Shown in pieces: positions 37,223 through 42,516 of a stretch of DNA of 42,516 nt. This DNA is from a virus. The number at the start of each line of letters is the position of its first letter. Position 1 is the first letter of the stretch. The notes under the pieces were generated by a model. It was given only the letters and a program-made list of their open reading frames with translations. It searched no databases and was not told the DNA's origin. Position numbers and translations under genes: made by a program. The stretch is taken from the UHGV virus genome UHGV-0390922; one strand, written 5' to 3'.

Positions 37223-39637
37223 ATGCAGTATAACAGGATGCTGCGGATCAGCACCGCGGGGAGCAGGAAGGCCACACACTGGCCTAAAAGTGAGATCCTG
37301 TGGTCCGAGTTCGTGGAAAAACTGAAAACACCGGTCCGGGGCGTGGAAACCCTGGAAGAGTACCTGGCCCTCCCAAAGTCCAGGCAGGACGAGTTAAAGG
37401 ATGTAGGCGGCTTTGTGGGAGGCACCTTTGCCGGGGACCGCAGGAAGGCCGCCAACGTGGAAGGTCGTGACCTGGTCACTCTGGATCTCGACAATATCCC
37501 CGCCGGACAGACGGAGGGTATCCTGCGCCGCGTGGAAGGGCTGGGCTGTGCAGCAGCCGTCTACAGTACCAGAAAGCACGCAGGCTATGCTCCGAGGCTC
37601 CGTGTGGTGGTCCCCCTGGACCGGACGGGTACGGCAGATGAGTATGAACCGGCGGCACGGAAACTGGCGTTTTTAATCGGGATTGGCTTTTGTGACCCGA
37701 CCACCTTTGAGGCCTCCAGGCTGATGTACTGGGCCAGCTGCTGTGCGGACAGCCAGTATGTGTGTGAATCCTATGACCGGCCGTTCTGCAGCCTGGACGG
37801 GCTCCTGTCCATGTATGGGGATTGGCATGATATCGCCCAGTGGCCCCAGGTGCCGGGCAGTGAAGCAGTAGAACGGCGCCGGCTGGCAAAGCAGGAGGAT
37901 CCAACCCGGAAACGGGGGGTGATCGGAGCCTTCTGCCGCACCTACAGCATCACGCAGGCCATGGAGCACTTTATCCCTGGAATGTACGAGGAGACCAGCA
38001 TCCCGGGGAGATACACCTATACAGGGGGCTCCACAGTGGGCGGCGCCGTAGTCTATGACGGGGATCTGTTTTTATATTCCCACCATGCAACCGACCCGTG
38101 CAGCGGGCAGCTGGTCAATGCGTTCGATCTGGTGCGCCTGCATATGTATGGGGACCGCGACAGCGAGGCAAAGGAGGGTACGCCGGCCAGCAAGATGCCG
38201 TCTTTCATGGCTATGAGCCGGCTGGCGCTGGAGGATAAGCAGGTGTCCGACCTGATATCCGTGGAACGCCTTGAGAAGGCGAAGCAGACGTTCCAGGCAC
38301 CGGAGAACCCGCAGGCAGACAGCGGGCCGGACTATGACCTGTCCTGGCTGCCGAAGCTTACAAAGGACAGCCAGGGAAGATATGAGAAGACGATCAATAA
38401 TGCCGTGGTCGTACTGGAGAATGACCCGCTGTTAAAAGGCCGGATCGTGACGGATGAATTTGCCAGCTGCGGCATGATCCTGGGACGTGTCCCGTGGGAT
38501 CAGAGAGAAGAAAAACGGCGCTGGAAGGATGTGGATGACGCCGGGTTCTACCGCTATGTGGAAGTATTCTATGGCCTTACGGGCCGTGAGAAACTGGACA
38601 ATGCGCTGATGCTGGTAAGCGCCCAGAACCGGATCAATGACGTAAAGCAGTATCTGCAGGGCCTTACATGGGACGGAGTGAAACGCCTGGACACGCTGCT
38701 GTCAGAATACCTGGGGGCGGAGGATACGGCCTACACCCGGGCCGTGATGCGCAAGTCCCTGTGCGCGGCGGTAGGCCGGGCAGTGACCGGAGGGATCAAG
38801 TATGATTATATGCCGATCTTTACGGGGCCGCAGGGCATTGGGAAGAGCACGTTCCTGCGGATCCTCGGGAAGGACTGGTTCAGCGATTCCCTGACAACGT
38901 TTGAGGGGAAGGAGGCGGCGGAGCTGATCCAGGGGACATGGATCAACGAGATCGGGGAGCTGAGTGCCTTCACAAAGCAGGAGACCCAGGTCATTAAACA
39001 GTTTTTAAGCAAGACGGATGATATCTACCGGGCAGCATACGGCCGGAGGACGGACAAGTACCCCAGACGGTGCGTGTTCTTCGGTACATCCAATGACAGC
39101 GAGTTTTTAAAAGACGCCACGGGGAACCGGCGTTTCTGGCCGGTGGATGTGGGCGTCCATCCCGCGAAAAAGTCCGTGTGGAACCAGCTGCCGCTTGAGG
39201 TAGACCAGATCTGGGCGGAGGCCTATCTGTACTGGACCATGGGGGAACCCCTGTATCTGCCAAATGAGATCGAAACCCTGGCGAAGGACCAGCAGGAAAA
39301 ACACAGGGAATCATCGGGAAAGGAAGGCATTATCCTGGACTTTCTGGAACGGGAGATCCCTTCAAACTGGGAAACCCTGGATCTTCAGAAACGGAGGATC
39401 TTCTGGAATGGAAACATGAGGCTGGAGGATGGAGTAGAGCTGATTCCCAGGGAAAAGGTTTGTGCAGCGGAAATCTGGGTGGAGTGTTTCGGGAGTGAAC
39501 TGAAATACATGAAGCGGTCAGACAGCACAGAGATCAACAATATCCTGCTGTGCCTGAAAGGGTGGGAGCGGATTAAAACCCCGCGGAGATTTGGGACTTA
39601 TGGACAACAGAGAGGATTTGAACGAGTGACTACATAG
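37223..39637 (+). CDS. primase-helicase (VirE / P4-type, P-loop NTPase)
   Basis: 804 aa. Walker A GPQGIGKST. VirE-like C-terminal region. N-terminal primase-like domain. Confidence 0.75.
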   Translation: MQYNRMLRISTAGSRKATHWPKSEILWSEFVEKLKTPVRGVETLEEYLALPKSRQDELKDVGGFVGGTFAGDRRKAANVEGRDLVTLDLDNIPAGQTEGILRRVEGLGCAAAVYSTRKHAGYAPRLRVVVPLDRTGTADEYEPAARKLAFLIGIGFCDPTTFEASRLMYWASCCADSQYVCESYDRPFCSLDGLLSMYGDWHDIAQWPQVPGSEAVERRRLAKQEDPTRKRGVIGAFCRTYSITQAMEHFIPGMYEETSIPGRYTYTGGSTVGGAVVYDGDLFLYSHHATDPCSGQLVNAFDLVRLHMYGDRDSEAKEGTPASKMPSFMAMSRLALEDKQVSDLISVERLEKAKQTFQAPENPQADSGPDYDLSWLPKLTKDSQGRYEKTINNAVVVLENDPLLKGRIVTDEFASCGMILGRVPWDQREEKRRWKDVDDAGFYRYVEVFYGLTGREKLDNALMLVSAQNRINDVKQYLQGLTWDGVKRLDTLLSEYLGAEDTAYTRAVMRKSLCAAVGRAVTGGIKYDYMPIFTGPQGIGKSTFLRILGKDWFSDSLTTFEGKEAAELIQGTWINEIGELSAFTKQETQVIKQFLSKTDDIYRAAYGRRTDKYPRRCVFFGTSNDSEFLKDATGNRRFWPVDVGVHPAKKSVWNQLPLEVDQIWAEAYLYWTMGEPLYLPNEIETLAKDQQEKHRESSGKEGIILDFLEREIPSNWETLDLQKRRIFWNGNMRLEDGVELIPREKVCAAEIWVECFGSELKYMKRSDSTEINNILLCLKGWERIKTPRRFGTYGQQRGFERVTT

Positions 39638-39870
39638 GCCTGACTACAAAGGAGATTTGTTTGTAGTCATGTAGAAAGTGAAAACTACAGAACTACAACT
39701 TGTAGTCAGTGTTTGTAGTCGGCGCAAAGCCTTATAAACAAAAGGAATTATACTATATGACTACATTGACTACAAACTTCTATATAGAGTTAAAAAATAT
39801 ATAAAAATATAGTACATACGCATACATACACACACATAAATAAAACACACACATACACGTGTACGTGAGG
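39627..39870. repeat. putative origin: TGACTACA iterons, AT-rich stretch, CA-rich tract
   Basis: At least 8 copies of TGACTACA(A) or its inverse TTGTAGTCA between 39627 and 39780. AT-rich aaaaatatataaaaatata. (CA/CATA)n tract 39813..39867 ending in ACACGTGTACGTG. Confidence 0.5.
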
Positions 39871-39884
39871 AAGGTAGTCAAAGC

Positions 39885-40223
39885 ATGAGAGAAAAGGACA
39901 TTGAGAAGGTCCTGGTGGCCGAAGTAAAGAAACTGGGCGGCCGGGCCTATAAATGGACAAGCCCCGGCAACGATGGTGTGCCGGACCGGATTGTGATCTT
40001 CCCGGGCCGGGCCCCGGTATTTGTGGAACTGAAAACGGATACAGGGAAACTGAGTGCCCTGCAGAAGGTCCAGATTGGCCGGCTGAGGGAACTGGGACAG
40101 AAGGTATATGTGGCCTACGGGATTGAGGGAGTCCGAACGTTCTTCCTGGCATCGGGATTCGAGGAAACCAGCAGGGAATTAGGCGCCCGATACGGATTGG
40201 GGAGGACGAGGAATGGAATTTAA
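39885..40223 (+). CDS. VRR-NUC domain nuclease
   Basis: GVPDRIVIFPG...VELKTDTGKLSALQKVQIGRLRELG matches VRR-NUC. Confidence 0.75.
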   Translation: MREKDIEKVLVAEVKKLGGRAYKWTSPGNDGVPDRIVIFPGRAPVFVELKTDTGKLSALQKVQIGRLRELGQKVYVAYGIEGVRTFFLASGFEETSRELGARYGLGRTRNGI

Positions 40224-41601
40224 GCCGCATGCCTACCAGCAGCACTGCATTGACAAGATCATCGAGATCAAGAAGCTGGGGCTTTTTCTGGATATGGGAC
40301 TCGGCAAGACGGTTACAACTCTGACCGCCGTGAAGGAGCTTAAATACAACCGGTTCCTGGTGCGCAAGGTGCTGGTGATCGCACCCAAGAAGGTGGCAGA
40401 AGGAACCTGGACAAGGGAGGCGGCCAAATGGGGTCACACGCAGATGTTGAGAGTATCGCCGGTACTGGGGAGCCAGACAAAGCGGATCCGGGCGCTGAAC
40501 ACCCCGGCAGACCTGTACATCATCAACCGGGAGAATGTCTGCTGGCTGGTGGACTACTACCGGAACGCATGGCCCTTTGACATGGTTGTAGTGGATGAGA
40601 GCAGCAGCTTTAAGAGCCACAGCGCCAAGCGGTTTAAGGCCCTGGCGAGTGTGGGAGACCGCATCGACCGTATGGTGGAACTGACCGGGACCCCGTCGCC
40701 AAACGGACTTGAGGACCTGTGGAGCCAGATCTTCCTGCTGGATGGGGGAGAACGCCTGGGAAAGCGATATACCCAGTTTAGGGAGAGGTATTTCCAGCCG
40801 GATAAGAGAGGGGCGGACGGCATGGTGTACAGCTATGAGGCCAAGCCGGGAACGGAAGCAAGCATCCTGGAAAAGATCTCCGATATCTGTATCAGCATGA
40901 AGGCGGAGGACTATCTGCAGCTGCCGGATATCACCTATCACGAGATCCCGGTGGAGCTGGATTCAAAATCCCTGAAAGCCTACTGCGAACTGGAGCGGGA
41001 GATGGTGCTGCAGCTGCCGGAGGATGATGAAACGATCAGTGTTACCAGTGCGGCGGCTTTGAGCAACAAGCTCCTGCAGCTGGCAAACGGGGCCTTGTAT
41101 GGTGAGGACCGCCAGGTACATGAAGTACACAGCTGCAAGGTCGAGGCCTTTTTGGAGCTGATCGAATCCCTGCAGGGAAAACCGGCCTTGGTGTTCTACA
41201 ACTACCAGCATGACCGGACACGGATACTAAAGGCCCTGGAGAAGTCGGGGCTGGCTGTAAGGGAGCTTAAGACTACACAGGATGAGGATGACTGGAATGC
41301 AGGAAAGATCCAGATCCTTCTTACCCATCCGGCCAGCAGTGCCTACGGGCTGAACCTGCAGCAGGGAGGGAACCATGTGATCTGGTTCGGCCTTACATGG
41401 AACTATGAATTATATACCCAGGCCAACAAACGCCTGCACCGCCAGGGACAGAAGGAGAAGGTGATCATCCACCACCTGGTATGCAGCGGGACCCGGGACA
41501 CGGATGTCATGCAGGCCCTGCAGCGTAAGGATGACGTACAGAGCTGGGTCATGGAATCGCTGAAAGCAAGGATCCGTAAGATCCGGGAGGGAACCTTATG
41601 A
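40213..41601 (+). CDS. SNF2-family helicase
   Basis: Motif I DMGLGKT. Motif II VVDESSSFKS. LTGTPSPNGLEDLW. C-terminal helicase motifs QANKRLHRQGQ. Confidence 0.85.
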   Translation: MEFKPHAYQQHCIDKIIEIKKLGLFLDMGLGKTVTTLTAVKELKYNRFLVRKVLVIAPKKVAEGTWTREAAKWGHTQMLRVSPVLGSQTKRIRALNTPADLYIINRENVCWLVDYYRNAWPFDMVVVDESSSFKSHSAKRFKALASVGDRIDRMVELTGTPSPNGLEDLWSQIFLLDGGERLGKRYTQFRERYFQPDKRGADGMVYSYEAKPGTEASILEKISDICISMKAEDYLQLPDITYHEIPVELDSKSLKAYCELEREMVLQLPEDDETISVTSAAALSNKLLQLANGALYGEDRQVHEVHSCKVEAFLELIESLQGKPALVFYNYQHDRTRILKALEKSGLAVRELKTTQDEDDWNAGKIQILLTHPASSAYGLNLQQGGNHVIWFGLTWNYELYTQANKRLHRQGQKEKVIIHHLVCSGTRDTDVMQALQRKDDVQSWVMESLKARIRKIREGTL

Positions 41602-41798
41602 CAGACAAACAGAAGAAAACCATTATGATGCGTACACTGGGCCAGACCTGCTGCCAGGGATGCGGGAAGGTGATCCATCCGGAAACGGATGACCTGTCCC
41701 GTGTTGAATACGTGAAGACCAAAAGAGGAGACCACTGGTTTTTCCATACGGCCTGTGCGGGAAATGTGTGGGGCAGAAAGATCAGCTGGGAAAAGTAA
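41598..41798 (+). CDS. small zinc-ribbon protein
   Basis: CCQGCGK...HTACAG. Confidence 0.35.
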   Translation: MTDKQKKTIMMRTLGQTCCQGCGKVIHPETDDLSRVEYVKTKRGDHWFFHTACAGNVWGRKISWEK

Positions 41799-41808
41799 AG
41801 GGGGACCG

Positions 41809-41952
41809 ATGCAGATAAAATACATACGCAATGAAGGCCGCCCGGGAATAAGAGGATTTTATTATTACGGGACAAATGTGTACTACAAAAATTTGAGTGC
41901 GACAGGAAAGATTATTGCACTGATAAGGCCGAGGAAAGGAAATGAGTCATGA
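41809..41952 (+). CDS. hypothetical small protein (47 aa)
   Basis: GGGGGA RBS. Stop overlaps the next start. Confidence 0.25.
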   Translation: MQIKYIRNEGRPGIRGFYYYGTNVYYKNLSATGKIIALIRPRKGNES

Positions 41953-42377
41953 AGAGATTAACACAGAAAGATGAGCAGGGAAATTGGTGCTTGGAGGGAG
42001 TGTCATGGGAACAGCTGCATGAAGGACAGGTAATCACCAAGCCTTTACGGGAGCGGCTGTATGGAGCCCTCTGGAAGTTGATGGAGTATGAGGATACCGG
42101 TCTGGCACCGGAAGAAATCAAGGCGTTAAACGCGAACAGAAAAACATCGGAGCACCGCTGGATCCCAGTGGATGAGCGGCTGCCGGAAGATGATAATTAT
42201 ATTCTACTATCGTTCAGCAATTTCTCTCTTCCGCTGATTGGAAGATATGAGGCTGATAATGATGGTGGAGGAGCGTTCTATCTGGGCGATAATGATGAGG
42301 GAGATACCTGTCTATCAGAGGATCTGTATGTTAATGCCTGGCAGCCGCTGCCGGAGCCATACCGGCCAGAGGAGTGA
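41949..42377 (+). CDS. DUF551-like phage protein
   Basis: WIPVDERLPEDDNYILLSF...VNAWQPLPEPY matches the DUF551 signature. Confidence 0.45.
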   Translation: MKRLTQKDEQGNWCLEGVSWEQLHEGQVITKPLRERLYGALWKLMEYEDTGLAPEEIKALNANRKTSEHRWIPVDERLPEDDNYILLSFSNFSLPLIGRYEADNDGGGAFYLGDNDEGDTCLSEDLYVNAWQPLPEPYRPEE

Positions 42378-42392
42378 GTTTCTCCCAAGGAA

Positions 42393-42516
42393 TTACTTGG
42401 TATCCTTGGGAGCACAGAGGGCCTGATGTGCAGCCATAGTGGCCAGAGAGTCACCAAGCTGCATAAAGATGGAACTGATCAGGGCGATCTCTTCCGGAGA
42501 CTTGCCATCCGCGATG
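42393..42516 (-). CDS. partial small ORF running off the window end (C-terminal 41 codons)
   Basis: Open - strand frame ...IADGKSPEEIALISSIFMQLGDSLATMAAHQALCAPKDTK*. Continues in frame into positions 47..1 if the ends are joined. Confidence 0.3.
   Translation of the reverse strand, partial: IADGKSPEEIALISSIFMQLGDSLATMAAHQALCAPKDTK

Noticed and set aside
39627-39780. CRISPR array
   Set aside because: The repeats are short 8-9-mers in both orientations with irregular spacing. They are iterons, not a repeat-spacer array. No cas genes are present.
39790-40941. 383-aa - strand ORF across VRR-NUC/SNF2
   Set aside because: It is antisense to two motif-supported genes. Its N-terminus is translated from the CA-repeat tract.

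Overview
The window reads as a nearly complete temperate siphovirus genome of a Firmicutes/Clostridia-type host. Ribosome-binding sites are GGAGG-like, there are CW_binding_1 repeats, and the terminase is PBSX-type. Most genes are on the + strand.

Gene order, left to right:
- An anti-restriction block: a C5-cytosine methyltransferase (MTase), a second N6A/N4C MTase and two Lar-family genes.
- A RinA/ArpU-like late regulator and a tRNA-Val-like gene.
- Small and large terminase subunits, portal, and a MuF-like head protein with a C-terminal RadC/JAB-like cargo domain.
- Scaffold, HK97-fold major capsid protein, head-tail and tail genes, tape measure, and a tail-tip/fibre cluster with tandem paralogues.
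- XkdW/XkdX-like proteins, holin, and a CHAP-type endolysin carrying cell-wall-binding repeats.
- A Rha regulator, an attP-like AT-rich region, and on the - strand a tyrosine integrase, a secreted CW-binding moron and a double-HTH S24 repressor.
- Cro, a Bro-N antirepressor, an excisionase, and a GC-rich replication module (DUF2800 nuclease, DUF2815 SSB-like protein, family-A DNA polymerase, VirE-type primase-helicase, VRR-NUC, SNF2 helicase).

The most unusual content:
- Two paralogous Fst/par-like type I toxin-antitoxin loci bracketing the lysin gene. Each has a convergent antisense promoter, direct repeats and a bidirectional terminator.
- A MuF-JAB fusion whose cargo domain has AT-shifted composition.
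- A C5-MTase carrying two compensating frameshifts.
- A thrice-repeated CGACGTCG-centred palindrome.
- An iteron plus CA-rich origin-like region downstream of the primase.
- A start-less gene remnant on the - strand.

Gene order, and a 56-aa open frame that closes across the window ends, suggest the sequence is a circular or circularly permuted phage genome rather than a prophage cut at attP. All functional calls rest on motif recognition by eye, not on database searches.
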